Shown: in pieces, positions 1 through 9,597 of the stretch
Layout: each line of letters opens with the position of its first letter
Position numbering within the stretch: the first letter of the stretch is position 1
Translations under genes and position numbers: made by a program
From: an uncultured Alphaproteobacteria bacterium
Lineage (GTDB): Bacteria > Pseudomonadota > Alphaproteobacteria > UBA9655
Direction of reading: 5' to 3'
Length of the DNA stretch: 50,854 nt
Assembly: GCA_905479605.1 (NCBI GenBank)
Contig: CAJQNC010000025.1
Location: forward strand, 1 to 50,854
The notes under the pieces: model-generated
The model's database searches: none
Told to the model about the DNA's origin: nothing
What the model saw: only the letters and a program-made list of their open reading frames with translations

Positions 1-141
1 TGTGCAGCGTTATATCGAGGAACAGGAAGAACATCACAAAAAAGATGACTTTAGGATTTCAGAATTCTAGGGTTTACCCTTTTAATCTACTTTCCAAGCA
101 TTAATCAAACCAACGGCTTTAGCCGGTGAGTGGTTGATTAA
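1..141 (+). mobile_element. IS200/IS605-family insertion sequence, right end (partial; continues upstream of window)
   Basis: Frame 2 reads VQRYIEEQEEHHKKDDFRISEF* with its stop at 68-70, which resembles a Y1/HUH TnpA C-terminal tail. An imperfect subterminal hairpin follows at 101-141: outer arms TTAATCAAACCA / TGGTTGATTAA, inner CGGC-TTTA-GCCG. This matches the structured ends of IS200/IS605 elements. Confidence 0.6.
2..70 (+). CDS. tnpA: IS200/IS605-family transposase TnpA, C-terminal 22 codons only
   Basis: The translation VQRYIEEQEEHHKKDDFRISEF* contains the YIxxQxxHH..F..E tail seen in many PF01797-type transposases. The 5' part lies outside the window. Confidence 0.55.
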   Translation: MQRYIEEQEEHHKKDDFRISEF

Positions 142-616
142 GCAGTTTGGTTGGGCTCCTGAAGAGTATGCATGGGTGAGTGCTATGATTACAGTTGGGA
201 ACGTGGGTGGCTTTGCCATTGCTAACCGCTTGGCGGGTTATGTAGACCCCAATAAACTTATACTAAATGGTCTTTACCTGACAATTGGATCGGCGTTTTA
301 TTTGGTTTTGGTCAGTTTATTGGGGTGGGTGAATGACATTCATGTTTTAATTTTTGTTATTCTTTATTTAGGATGTTCAGCGACGGCCATTGCTAACTGT
401 TCTTCACTTTCCATGAATCTTCATCCAAAAGCGGCGGGATCTGCAGCAGCAGTCATTGGATCTATTCAAATTGGTTCAGGTGCTGTAGGAAGTGCAATTG
501 CAGGAACGGTACCAGACTATCCCTTGACGATGGGTTTATGTATGGGGGGCTTAGCTTCTATTTCTCTAGGGGTGTTTTTTTACAATTTGCGCTATAAGTT
601 CCCATCAAACATTTAA
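134..616 (+). pseudogene. 3' fragment (about 5 TM helices) of a Bcr/CflA-type MFS transporter, apparently truncated by the IS
   Basis: The 160-aa ORF is entirely hydrophobic helices and begins mid-protein (..IKQFGWAPEEYAWVSAMITVGNVGGFAIANRL.., which resembles the region after TM7 of Bcr-type MFS). In-frame stops lie at 68-70 and 83-85. The putative start lies inside the IS hairpin. Confidence 0.5.
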
Positions 617-1012
617 TGGTGAGTTTAACAGCAACTCCATAACTTTATCTTTATTCATACTGAGTGTTTCAAGCTCAGACTCTTCCGAAAAGTCATCTAC
701 GGACTTCACCGGGAATGCATAGAGCGCTTCATTGTATTCAAGACATAAGCAAAGACAGTTACGAGCAGATTTTGAGTGGCAGATTTTTTCACTTCTAAGC
801 AGGTTGTCTAGAGAGAAAATGGTATTTATACGACCCCTATGATTACATACACCCAAAATAGAGTCTGAGGTAAAAGGTACTGGGGTAAATTGAGGCAATC
901 GAAAGATATCGTATATCTGATCCGTTGGGAGAGTGATTTTAGTGCTTTCCAGCCTTATGTGCAGTGAAGGTGTTTGATTATGATTCGCAAACTTTTTAGC
1001 CATGCACGCCAC
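605..1012 (-). CDS. cheW: CheW-like chemotaxis coupling protein
   Basis: The 135-aa product shows a CheW-domain pattern (..FRLPQFTPVPFTSDSILGVCNHRGRINTIFSLDNLL..). Its start overlaps the cheA stop. Confidence 0.75.
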   Translation of the reverse strand: MACMAKKFANHNQTPSLHIRLESTKITLPTDQIYDIFRLPQFTPVPFTSDSILGVCNHRGRINTIFSLDNLLRSEKICHSKSARNCLCLCLEYNEALYAFPVKSVDDFSEESELETLSMNKDKVMELLLNSPLNV

Positions 1013-2642
1013 CTATTTGAGAAAAGTTTCCAACGGTTTTATTGTATAGGCCCATGGGGTCAAAGATCATGGCGACCGTACCATCCCCCAGAATTGTACA
1101 GCCTCCATAGATGGAAAGTGCACAGAGTGGATCAGATAATGGCTTAATAACAACATCTTGAACCTCTTCAATGTCTTCCACAACAAGTCCTAAGGGGGTT
1201 GGCAAGTTTTGTGTTTGGATTATATATTGGCTGCACTTTCTTGTGTTTGCAGGAGCTTTCTCCAGAAGAAATGAGTATAAGAAAAGCAGTCCAAGCTTTC
1301 CTTCATCTGTTTCCAGGGAGGGTAGCGTTCCCTTAAAAGAAAGTTTGTCTTTTGGGTGAAGAGTTATGATTCTCTGGATGGAGGATCTCGGGATAATATA
1401 TCGTTGTTGACCAACCCGGACGAGTATTCCCTGAATAATAGAAAGGGTGACTGGTAGAAAAAGAATAAACGTTGTTCCCTTTCCAGGTTCAGTCTCTATA
1501 GAAATGTTTCCCCCGATGGACTCCACTTTATTTTTGACTAAATCCATACCGACTCCACGGCCTGAAAGGGTGGTAATTTTATTTGCAGTTGAAAAACCAG
1601 AAGTGAAAATAGTTTGATATAGCTGTTTTTCGTACATGCTCTCAAGTTCATCTGGGGATACAAGCTTATTCTTAAGAAGCTGTTCGCGTATTTTATTGGT
1701 ATCGATACCTCTTCCATCGTCTTTAATTATAAGGCGAAAGGCTCCATCCTTATGTTCGGCACGAAGAAATATAGTGCCTTGTTTGGGCTTTCCTAAAGCA
1801 TGTCTTTCTTTGGGCGTTTCAATGCCATGGTCAGCAGCATTTCGTATGATGTGGAGTAGGGGGTCCTGAAGAACTTCGATGATTTGTCGATCTAATTCAA
1901 CTTCTGACCCTTCGGTTTTAAGCAGTATATCTTTTTTTAATGATTGAGAAAGGTCATGAACTAATCGAGGGAGCTTGGACCAAGCACTTCCTATAGGTTG
2001 CATGTGAGCTTTTAAGGAGGTCTCTTGCAGGTAAGAGGTAATTTGATTGAGGCGCTTGAGAGGAGCTTCAATTTTACTTTCACTGCTTTCTGCGCCGATA
2101 TTCATCAGCTGATTTCGTATTAAAACCAACTCGCTTACCGCGGTTGTGAGGCTTTCAAGAAGTGAAAGATTAACCCGAATCGAATGGATGCCTGATGAAA
2201 CATGTAGATCCTCTGAAGGCTCTTGCATCTCTTTCTTGCTTGAAGGTGAATTACGCAAGAATTCTGGATTGGTAAGAAAATTACGAAGAGATTTAGAGAG
2301 AGTAATATCGATCTCGCTTGGCTGTTTGCCTGTTATCTCTAATGTTTTGAGAATATATTTCATCACGTCGACGCACTCAAACAGACAGCTTATAAGTGCA
2401 GGTGTAACTTTCACTTCTTCCGACTGTAAGGCCGCAAGAACATCTTCGACCTCATGGGTTAAGGTTTCCAGTCTTTCAAGATTAAGAAAGCCAGAAGCGC
2501 CTTTGAGTGTATGAAAGACCCGAAAGATCTTGTTAAGCTGTTGGCTCGAACTTGGATCATGGGAGAGCTCGACGAGAGCTGTATCAAGCTCTTTTACCAA
2601 GTCATTGGCTTCTATGATGAATTCTTTCTGTAGTTCATCCAT
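996..2642 (-). CDS. cheA: Chemotaxis histidine kinase CheA (short, P2-less)
   Basis: It has an Hpt motif (FHTLKGASGFL), a dimerisation segment (IRVNLSLLESL..ELVLIRNQL), HATPase motifs (IRNAADHGIE, DDGRGID, GRGVGMD) and a C-terminal CheW-like domain. Confidence 0.9.
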   Translation of the reverse strand: MDELQKEFIIEANDLVKELDTALVELSHDPSSSQQLNKIFRVFHTLKGASGFLNLERLETLTHEVEDVLAALQSEEVKVTPALISCLFECVDVMKYILKTLEITGKQPSEIDITLSKSLRNFLTNPEFLRNSPSSKKEMQEPSEDLHVSSGIHSIRVNLSLLESLTTAVSELVLIRNQLMNIGAESSESKIEAPLKRLNQITSYLQETSLKAHMQPIGSAWSKLPRLVHDLSQSLKKDILLKTEGSEVELDRQIIEVLQDPLLHIIRNAADHGIETPKERHALGKPKQGTIFLRAEHKDGAFRLIIKDDGRGIDTNKIREQLLKNKLVSPDELESMYEKQLYQTIFTSGFSTANKITTLSGRGVGMDLVKNKVESIGGNISIETEPGKGTTFILFLPVTLSIIQGILVRVGQQRYIIPRSSIQRIITLHPKDKLSFKGTLPSLETDEGKLGLLFLYSFLLEKAPANTRKCSQYIIQTQNLPTPLGLVVEDIEEVQDVVIKPLSDPLCALSIYGGCTILGDGTVAMIFDPMGLYNKTVGNFSQIGGVHG

Positions 2643-2741
2643 ATGCGTTTATAGCCCTACTCAAGATATTACATCAGTAAAGCCATCGAAACGTTAAGAT
2701 TTCTATAAAAACAGAGTAAAAATTGACTTGTTGAAATGAAA

Positions 2742-3110
2742 TTAGAAAGGGCCCCACAGACCTACGAGCTTTTCTTTAAGTTTTTTGGCTGTGAATGGTT
2801 TCACGATGTAAGAGTTAACTCCAGCTTGCTTGGCTTTGACAATATTTTCTGGTTTGGCCTCAGCTGTTAGCATAATGAAATCAACGTTCTTGGTTGCTTC
2901 AATACTGCGCACCTGTTGTAAGAGCTCAATACCTGTCATGGGTTCCATGTTCCAATCTGATATAACAAGGTCATAGGATCTTGTTTGCAGCTTTTGCAGA
3001 GCCTCTGCACCGTCAGAAGCCTCATCCAGATTAGAAAATCCAAGTTGATTGAGGATATTTTTGACAACGCGACGCATCATTTTAAAATCGTCAACAACAA
3101 GAATTGGCAT
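2742..3110 (-). CDS. cheY: CheY-like single-domain response regulator
   Basis: MPILVVDDFKMMRR.., ..LVISDWNMEPMTG.., ..IVKPF.. are REC-domain motifs. The ORF track extends to 3143. I prefer the ATG at 3110 because an AGGAA Shine-Dalgarno sits 5 nt upstream. Confidence 0.85.
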   Translation of the reverse strand: MPILVVDDFKMMRRVVKNILNQLGFSNLDEASDGAEALQKLQTRSYDLVISDWNMEPMTGIELLQQVRSIEATKNVDFIMLTAEAKPENIVKAKQAGVNSYIVKPFTAKKLKEKLVGLWGPF

Positions 3111-3234
3111 GTTCCTGTTAATCGTCACGATATTTACCTCCATATTACATTGAGAGAAATTCTAAAGAATTCCGCCTTATCACTAAAACAAAAATGTCTT
3201 AATATTACGTGAAGAATTATAAGAGAAATCAAAC

Positions 3235-3308
3235 TGGCTGGGGGACCAGGATTCGAACCTGGGCTGACCGAGTCAGAGTCGGTAGTTCTGCCGCTAAACT
3301 ATCCCCCA
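3235..3308 (-). tRNA. tRNA-Gln (anticodon CUG), CCA encoded
   Basis: Hand-folded cloverleaf. The acceptor is UGGGGGA/UCCCCCA with U1-A72 and G73, as in bacterial tRNA-Gln. The T arm is CCAGG-UUCGAAU-CCUGG. The anticodon arm is ACCGA-CUCUGAC-UCGGU, with the anticodon at 3274-3276. Confidence 0.85.
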
Positions 3309-3363
3309 AGGGATGATGTGGAATTACCATATTTTACCATAGAGGGGAAGGGGTAAATGGAGT

Positions 3364-4116
3364 CTAAGCGCTTTGGGGTTCAAACCCAATATCACATAAG
3401 TACAGCCCCTGTGGAGGCGCTGTGGGTCCTGCAGCACAGCGGTCTTTCGCCTCAAGGATCTCTTTGACTTTCTGCGGTTCCCATGATCCATCACCAACTC
3501 GCTTCAATGTACCCACCATATTTCGGACTTGCCGATGCAGGAATGAACGTGATTTCGCTGAGACGATAATGCGATCATCCTCCCGCAAAACATTTAGAAC
3601 ATCCATCGTTTTCATGGGAGAAGACGCTTGGCACATGCTGTCTCGGAATGATGTAAAGTCGTGATGACCCAGAAGAAATTGGCCAGCTTCATGCATTTTT
3701 TCATGGTCAAGAGGCCGGGGAACCCACCACACTTGACCTTGTTCAAAGGTTGGACGAGCACGGCGGCAAAGTATAATGTAACGATAAGCACGATGTGATG
3801 CTGAAAACCGTGCATGAAAATCAGGGGAAACATTTTCGACAGCGAGAATGGAAATGGGTAAGTCATTTAGCCTTTGATTTACAGCGCCTTGGATGGCTTC
3901 TGGTGAATATTCCTTTTCTATATCCACATGGGCGACTTGACAGGTGGCATGCACCCCTGAATCGGTACGGCCACTGCCGTAGATAGTCGTAGGAATCTGC
4001 AAAAATTCAGTGAGAGCTTCTTCAATAGCTTGTTGAACTGTGAGGACATGACTTTGCCGTTGCCAGCCAGCAAAAGGACTTCCGTCATATTCGATGATTA
4101 ACTTATAACGATTCAT
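3364..4116 (-). CDS. truA: tRNA pseudouridine(38-40) synthase TruA
   Basis: GSGRTDSGVHA catalytic motif, 250 aa. Confidence 0.92.
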   Translation of the reverse strand: MNRYKLIIEYDGSPFAGWQRQSHVLTVQQAIEEALTEFLQIPTTIYGSGRTDSGVHATCQVAHVDIEKEYSPEAIQGAVNQRLNDLPISILAVENVSPDFHARFSASHRAYRYIILCRRARPTFEQGQVWWVPRPLDHEKMHEAGQFLLGHHDFTSFRDSMCQASSPMKTMDVLNVLREDDRIIVSAKSRSFLHRQVRNMVGTLKRVGDGSWEPQKVKEILEAKDRCAAGPTAPPQGLYLCDIGFEPQSA

Positions 4117-4119
4117 AGG

Positions 4120-5049
4120 CTACAGCTGGGTTCCTTTGGGGAGTTCATGTCCTCTTAAGAACTCTTCCGTTGCTATTGGTGCTTTGCCTGCTTTTTGTAC
4201 CCGTGTAGGGCGCAATGAATGAACAGCACAAGCAATGGTGAGCTGGCCATCTAGAACAGTGCCAGGAGTCCCTGATTGAGAGTCTATCACAGCATCGATG
4301 ACCTTAATGCGATGCCCAAGGTGTTCAAACCAAACACCTGGCCAAGGATTAAGAGCTTTGATCTTACGCAACAGGGTGGAAGCCGGTTCAGACCATACCA
4401 ACAGACCCTCTTCCTTACTTAGCTTAGTGGCGTATGTAGCTCCTTCGTCTGGCTGAGGTTGGGGAGTAATCGAGCCGCTCAGGTATTCAGGGAGTGCCTC
4501 AACAAGGGCTTTTCCACCAAGTAAGGCCATCTGATCGTGAAGGTCCTGCGCTGTCATACTTTCAACGATAGGAAGTTCCTCCATAAGAATAACAGATCCT
4601 GTATCCAGGCCCTCATCCATTTGCATGATGGAAATTCCCGTTTTCTCATCCCCAGCTAGTAGAGCTCGGTGAATAGGGGCTGCTCCCCTCCAGCGGGGCA
4701 AAAGGGAACCATGGACATTAACGCAGCCATGCTTTGGTGCGTTCAATATGTCTTTTGGTAGAATTAGGCCATAGGCCACAACAACAGCTAGATCAAGGTT
4801 TAGGGAAGAGAATTGCTTTTGCTCTTCCTCTAACTTTAAAGACTTGGGAGTGAATACCGGGATACCCTTGGATTTAGCATAAACATGTACAGGCATTTCA
4901 TGCACTTGATGACCCCGACCCATAGGCTTTGGAGGTTGACAATAGCAGGCAACAACATTGTAGCCTGCGTCTAAGAGGGCTTTCAAAGAAGGGAGAGCGA
5001 AGTCAGGGGTGCCCATAAAGGCCACTCGGGTGGTATTAGGCGTAGACAT
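4120..5049 (-). CDS. fmt: Methionyl-tRNA formyltransferase
   Basis: HGSLLPRWRGAAPI motif. It overlaps def by 14 nt, the classic def-fmt pair. Confidence 0.93.
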   Translation of the reverse strand: MSTPNTTRVAFMGTPDFALPSLKALLDAGYNVVACYCQPPKPMGRGHQVHEMPVHVYAKSKGIPVFTPKSLKLEEEQKQFSSLNLDLAVVVAYGLILPKDILNAPKHGCVNVHGSLLPRWRGAAPIHRALLAGDEKTGISIMQMDEGLDTGSVILMEELPIVESMTAQDLHDQMALLGGKALVEALPEYLSGSITPQPQPDEGATYATKLSKEEGLLVWSEPASTLLRKIKALNPWPGVWFEHLGHRIKVIDAVIDSQSGTPGTVLDGQLTIACAVHSLRPTRVQKAGKAPIATEEFLRGHELPKGTQL

Positions 5050-5557
5050 TGGCCTTTTTCTCCTTCATCAAACGACGAATGATCATATTACGCTTGAGGG
5101 AGGAGATGCGATCAATAAACAAAATACCATCCAGGTGATCAATCTCATGTTGGATACATGCTGCTCGGAGGCCATGGGCAGTTAGCTTTTTCTCATTCCC
5201 AGACTCATCCAGGTATTGGACGGTAATCTCAGTAGAGCGGCGAACTTTCGCATATTGATAGGGAAGAGACACACACCCTTCCTCTGCGTCCTTGGTTTGG
5301 TCAGAAGTTTCGATGATTTCGGGATTGACCATCTTAAAAGGGTTAGGTTCTTCATTGGGGCCATCTCTGAGATCCATAACCATCAGACGTTTATCAATAC
5401 CAACTTGTGTGGCTGCCAGGCCAATGCCATCATTGATGTACATAGTTTCAAGCATGTCGGCAAGGGTTTTGCGGATAGCATCATCGACCTTAGAAACAGT
5501 TTTTGCTATCTGCTTCAGGCGGGGGTCTGGGGCTTTAATTACATCTAAAAGGGCCAT
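5036..5557 (-). CDS. def: Peptide deformylase
   Basis: GIGLAATQVG, EGCVSLP and HEIDHLDG motifs. Confidence 0.95.
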   Translation of the reverse strand: MALLDVIKAPDPRLKQIAKTVSKVDDAIRKTLADMLETMYINDGIGLAATQVGIDKRLMVMDLRDGPNEEPNPFKMVNPEIIETSDQTKDAEEGCVSLPYQYAKVRRSTEITVQYLDESGNEKKLTAHGLRAACIQHEIDHLDGILFIDRISSLKRNMIIRRLMKEKKANVYA

Positions 5558-5614
5558 CTCTTCACCAAATTTTTTAAAGTCTATCTCTTTAGGTAATGAT
5601 GATATTCAGTTATT

Positions 5615-7081
5615 TCAAGCAATTTCCAACATTTTTTTGACTGTATTAGTGGTACTTTGGCCCGGCTTTAACTCAGCAAGAACCACTTTTCCACCATAGC
5701 TTTGGACGAAAGCAGCTCCGACAACCTTATCAATGGTATAATCTGCGCCTTTAACAAGGATATCAGGCTTGATCGTCTCAATAAGCTTGAGAGGAGTATC
5801 TTCATCAAACAGTACGACTAGGTCCACGAGTTCTAAGGATGAAAGCACAACAGCGCGGGCCATCTCACTTTGAATAGGGCGACCCTCTCCTTTTAGTCTT
5901 TTAATGGAAGCATCTGTATTCAACCCTACAACCAAACGATGTCCTGCAGCCCGAGCTTGGGTTAAAAGAGCCAGGTGTCCAGGGTGTAAGAGGTCAAAGC
6001 AACCATTAGTAAACACAACTTTCCGTTTTTTCTTTTGCCACAACCGCGTCATGGAGGCGGCCTGCTCAAAGGAAACGATAGAAGACTCACTTTTCTTGAT
6101 TTCTTGATGATGGACTTCTTCCAACAATTCCGACTGGTGTGCCACCGCGGTCCCGAGTTTGGCAACAACAATGCCAGCAGCCACATTCGCCAGTTTGGCA
6201 GCTTCGACCAGAGGGGCTCCAACAGCAAGTGCGGCAGCAATGGTCGAGACAACTGTGTCTCCTGCACCAGATACATCATAGACTTCTTTGGCGACAGTGG
6301 GGATATGGGTGGATTCATCAGCAGTAATAACACTCATCCCTTCCGAGCTTCGGGTGACGATGATGGCGTTGATATTATGAGTATCCATAACGCACTTCGC
6401 GGCCACCTCAACATCAGCATCAGAATCAACGGGCAGGCCTGTAGCAAAAGCCAGTTCACTTTTGTTAGGAGTTAGAATATCCACACCAGCATATTTAGCG
6501 AAGTCTCGGCCTTTGGGGTCAGCCACGACAGTCTTCCCTTCCGACTTTGCTGTGTTAATAAGAGATTGGCACAGATTATGGGTGAGAACACCCTTATTAT
6601 AATCAGAGAGAATGACAATGTTTTGGCCATTGAGGACTTCTTTGAATTGTGTGTTAATTTCATCTTCATGAATGCGTGCAATCGGATGGCATTCCTCGGT
6701 ATCGGCACGAAGCAGCTGTTGGCCCGAGGCAATATACCTTACTTTAATAGTCGTAGGACGATCATTAATTTTGTAAAAGCGAGAATTGGAGTTTTCTAGT
6801 TCATCGGTCAACTCAGACATGCGTTTGCCAGCAGAATCATCGCCGATTACGCTGAGAAGAGTTCCTGTTGCTCCAAGGGCGTCTAGGTTTCGTACAACAT
6901 TTCCTGCACCACCTAACATCTCTTGCTCTTTCCTTACGCGTATGACAGGAATGGGGGCTTCGGGGCAAATTCTCTCAACATCACCCCAGACGAAACGATC
7001 CAACATGACGTCACCAATGCAAATAAATTTCGTGTCTTTTAATTTTTCAACCCAATGACCTAATGATTCAACCATCAACAT
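5615..7081 (-). CDS. hldE: Bifunctional D-beta-D-heptose 7-phosphate kinase / heptose 1-phosphate adenylyltransferase
   Basis: The N-terminal half is pfkB-like sugar kinase and the C-terminal half is a cytidylyltransferase (FTNGCFDLLHPGHL). 488 aa. Confidence 0.9.
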   Translation of the reverse strand: MLMVESLGHWVEKLKDTKFICIGDVMLDRFVWGDVERICPEAPIPVIRVRKEQEMLGGAGNVVRNLDALGATGTLLSVIGDDSAGKRMSELTDELENSNSRFYKINDRPTTIKVRYIASGQQLLRADTEECHPIARIHEDEINTQFKEVLNGQNIVILSDYNKGVLTHNLCQSLINTAKSEGKTVVADPKGRDFAKYAGVDILTPNKSELAFATGLPVDSDADVEVAAKCVMDTHNINAIIVTRSSEGMSVITADESTHIPTVAKEVYDVSGAGDTVVSTIAAALAVGAPLVEAAKLANVAAGIVVAKLGTAVAHQSELLEEVHHQEIKKSESSIVSFEQAASMTRLWQKKKRKVVFTNGCFDLLHPGHLALLTQARAAGHRLVVGLNTDASIKRLKGEGRPIQSEMARAVVLSSLELVDLVVLFDEDTPLKLIETIKPDILVKGADYTIDKVVGAAFVQSYGGKVVLAELKPGQSTTNTVKKMLEIA

Positions 7082-7682
7082 ATCCTAACTTTTGCTCGAG
7101 GGCTCCGCACAACATTTGCCCTAGTGTAATATGCATTTCTTGAATGCGAGCAGTTGTATCCGACGGAACAACTAATAACAAATCACAAATAGAATGTAAA
7201 TCCCCTCCGCCTTTTCCAGTTAATCCGACAGTTTTTACTCCGATTTCATTTGCTTTTTTAATTCCTTTAATAATGTTGGGGCTTTTTCCAGAGGTGGTAA
7301 TAGCCACGACGACATCCTTGGGGCTGGCAATGGCTTCGATTTGTCTTTCAAATAAAGCGTCAAAACCTAAGTCGTTGCCAATGGCTGTCAATGTGGATGT
7401 ATCTGTGGTTAAAGCTAATGCAGGGATAGCAGGTCTATTATCTTTAAAGCGAACGGTTAGCTCTGTGGCCAAATGTTGCGCATCTGCTGCGCTGCCACCA
7501 TTTCCAAAAAACAAGATCTTTCCACCCGAACGAATGCTTTCGTAACACATATCGACCCACTGAGAAAAGGGCTCAAGCATTGTTTTTCGAGTTTGGCTTA
7601 GGACTTCTGAATGTTCATCCAGCTCTCTGGAATAATAGTGAGAGGCATTGAAATTTTCGTTGGGGGCATGTTGCATAGTCAT
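7068..7682 (-). CDS. gmhA: Phosphoheptose isomerase (SIS domain)
   Basis: GNGGSAADAQHLATEL and ..TTSGKSPNI.. motifs. It overlaps hldE by 14 nt. Confidence 0.9.
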   Translation of the reverse strand: MTMQHAPNENFNASHYYSRELDEHSEVLSQTRKTMLEPFSQWVDMCYESIRSGGKILFFGNGGSAADAQHLATELTVRFKDNRPAIPALALTTDTSTLTAIGNDLGFDALFERQIEAIASPKDVVVAITTSGKSPNIIKGIKKANEIGVKTVGLTGKGGGDLHSICDLLLVVPSDTTARIQEMHITLGQMLCGALEQKLGYVDG

Positions 7683-7696
7683 AAATCTGCCTTATA

Positions 7697-8365
7697 TTAA
7701 AAACTGACTCCCACACTTTCTGCACCCTTAATCAAAGGGTAAGGAGATGATTTAAACTGGACTTGTTCTCCAGGGAGTAGGCTTTGGTGATCAAGGGTGA
7801 GTTGCCATTTTTTCATCACACAATTGTTATGTTCATCGGGGCTTTCACAAGTGTTATCAGGTCCTAGAGCTTTGATTTGTAGAGGAGTTAATTCACGTAC
7901 CTGATCGGAAATATTTAGAACATTGCCTTTGACAATAAAATGGCCCTCTGAGGTTTCCATAATTTTGGTGTCGGTAATGGCAAGGCCTTCGCCAAGAATA
8001 GGAGAGGATATTCCGAGCATGCTGTAAATTTTCTTAGATTGAGGAAAATAAGTAGTGAAAGCACTTTGGTTAAGCAGAATAAATCCTATGAAGGCAATGG
8101 TAGCAATACCAAAAGAACCCCAACCTAGCAGGGGGTTAATAATACTTCTTTGTTTATTTGCTTTGTTATTGGCTGTGACATTCTTCAAGCCTTGAACACG
8201 AGGGTTTTGAGAGATTTGCTCAACCACATCACTTTGCTGTAGCCATACATGCCCACAAGACGCACAACGAACCTGTCGACCTTGATCTGGGATCAGGCCG
8301 CTTTCAACTTGATAGCGTTTGTTACATTCAGGACAAGATACGATCATAATATTGGTTTGTTGCAC
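7697..8365 (-). CDS. MJ0042-type zinc-ribbon membrane protein (DUF3426-like C-terminus)
   Basis: The N-terminus carries CPECNKRYQV..VRCASCGHVW (two CxxC pairs), followed by one TM helix and a beta-rich domain. This architecture is common in alphaproteobacteria. Confidence 0.65.
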   Translation of the reverse strand: MQQTNIMIVSCPECNKRYQVESGLIPDQGRQVRCASCGHVWLQQSDVVEQISQNPRVQGLKNVTANNKANKQRSIINPLLGWGSFGIATIAFIGFILLNQSAFTTYFPQSKKIYSMLGISSPILGEGLAITDTKIMETSEGHFIVKGNVLNISDQVRELTPLQIKALGPDNTCESPDEHNNCVMKKWQLTLDHQSLLPGEQVQFKSSPYPLIKGAESVGVSF

Positions 8366-8420
8366 ACATTCTTGATTCGTTTATATTCTTTTTATGCGTA
8401 GGTTGCAAGCGAGAGGCATC

Positions 8421-8999
8421 ATGTTCGATCAGACAAATCTCAAGTTGGTTCTTTTAGACCGTGATGGGGTTATCAATGTGGATAGACCTGATTCAGTGAA
8501 ATCCGTTCAGGAGTTCATTTTTTTACCGAATGTTGCTGAAGCTATTAAAAAGCTGAATGATGCTAAAATACCGGTAGTTATTATTACCAACCAGGCAGTA
8601 GTTGGCCGGGGAACTATGAGTGAGGACACTCTTGATGAAATTCATGATCATATGCTTAAGACTCTTCAATCACTAGGCGCCAAGATTGATAGGATTTATC
8701 AGTGCACTTCAGCAGACCCGAATCATCCTGATCGAAAGCCAAATCCAGGTATGGTAGTTAAGACTCTAAATGACTTTCAAGTTAATCCTCAAGATGTTGT
8801 ATTTATTGGCGATGCATTACGGGACCTTGAAGCTGCAGCGAGTGCTCAGTGTAGAAGGTATCTGATTCTCACTGGAAAAGGTGAAAAAACTCTGGAGGAG
8901 GGGTTGCCTGATTACGTACAACCTGTCACGATTTGCAAAAATTTGTTGGAAGCAGTGAATAATCTGTTGGAGACGTATGATGAGACCAGGACAAGTTAA
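8421..8999 (+). CDS. gmhB: D,D-heptose 1,7-bisphosphate phosphatase (HAD-IIIA)
   Basis: LLDRDGVIN HAD motif I, ITNQ, DRKPNPGM and GDALRD motifs. I prefer the ATG at 8421 (GAGAGG Shine-Dalgarno 6 nt upstream). The ORF track starts at 8394. Confidence 0.85.
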   Translation: MFDQTNLKLVLLDRDGVINVDRPDSVKSVQEFIFLPNVAEAIKKLNDAKIPVVIITNQAVVGRGTMSEDTLDEIHDHMLKTLQSLGAKIDRIYQCTSADPNHPDRKPNPGMVVKTLNDFQVNPQDVVFIGDALRDLEAAASAQCRRYLILTGKGEKTLEEGLPDYVQPVTICKNLLEAVNNLLETYDETRTS

Positions 9000-9591
9000 A
9001 GGGATCATAAAAAAATTTTTTAAGTGGACGTTCATCCTTTTGGCACTATACACCTTATTTGGATTTGTCTATTTTACGAATGCTATTCCTATGCAACCCG
9101 CAACAATGAGTTCTGCCCCCCAGGGAATAGCAGTATTTACGGGAACGCGAGCGCGACTTGAGGAAGGCTTTGAAACTTTGCGGCGGTACCCCGACAGCAG
9201 ACTTCTTATATCAGGAGTTAATCAAGGAACAAGTGTTAGCCAACTGATCAGAGCTTCTCGTGCACGATGTTGTCCTCCTGCAGAGCGCGTAACTTTGGAT
9301 TATAAAGCTCAGGATACGGCTGAGAACGCTCAAGAAACAGCTAAATGGGCAAGGGCCAATAATGTTCAAAAGCTATTCCTTGTTACATCAAACTATCATA
9401 TGCCTCGAAGTATACTCGAACTGAATCATTCGGCCCCTGATTTAGATATCACCGCACACCCGGTTATTGCTCGTTCTTTCCAAGATAACACATGGTGGCA
9501 GGATAAGGTGATTCTTTACAATGTGCTTGGAGAGTACAATAAGTACGTGTGGGCATGGCTCCGTTATAACGTTGGAACACTTTTTACCTAA
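8977..9591 (+). CDS. DUF218 / YdcF-ElyC-SanA family envelope protein
   Basis: N-terminal TM helix, ..LLISGVNQG.., DTAENAQETAKW, LFLVTSNYHMPRS. It overlaps the gmhB stop. Confidence 0.7.
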   Translation: MMRPGQVKGIIKKFFKWTFILLALYTLFGFVYFTNAIPMQPATMSSAPQGIAVFTGTRARLEEGFETLRRYPDSRLLISGVNQGTSVSQLIRASRARCCPPAERVTLDYKAQDTAENAQETAKWARANNVQKLFLVTSNYHMPRSILELNHSAPDLDITAHPVIARSFQDNTWWQDKVILYNVLGEYNKYVWAWLRYNVGTLFT

Positions 9592-9597
9592 GAAATT

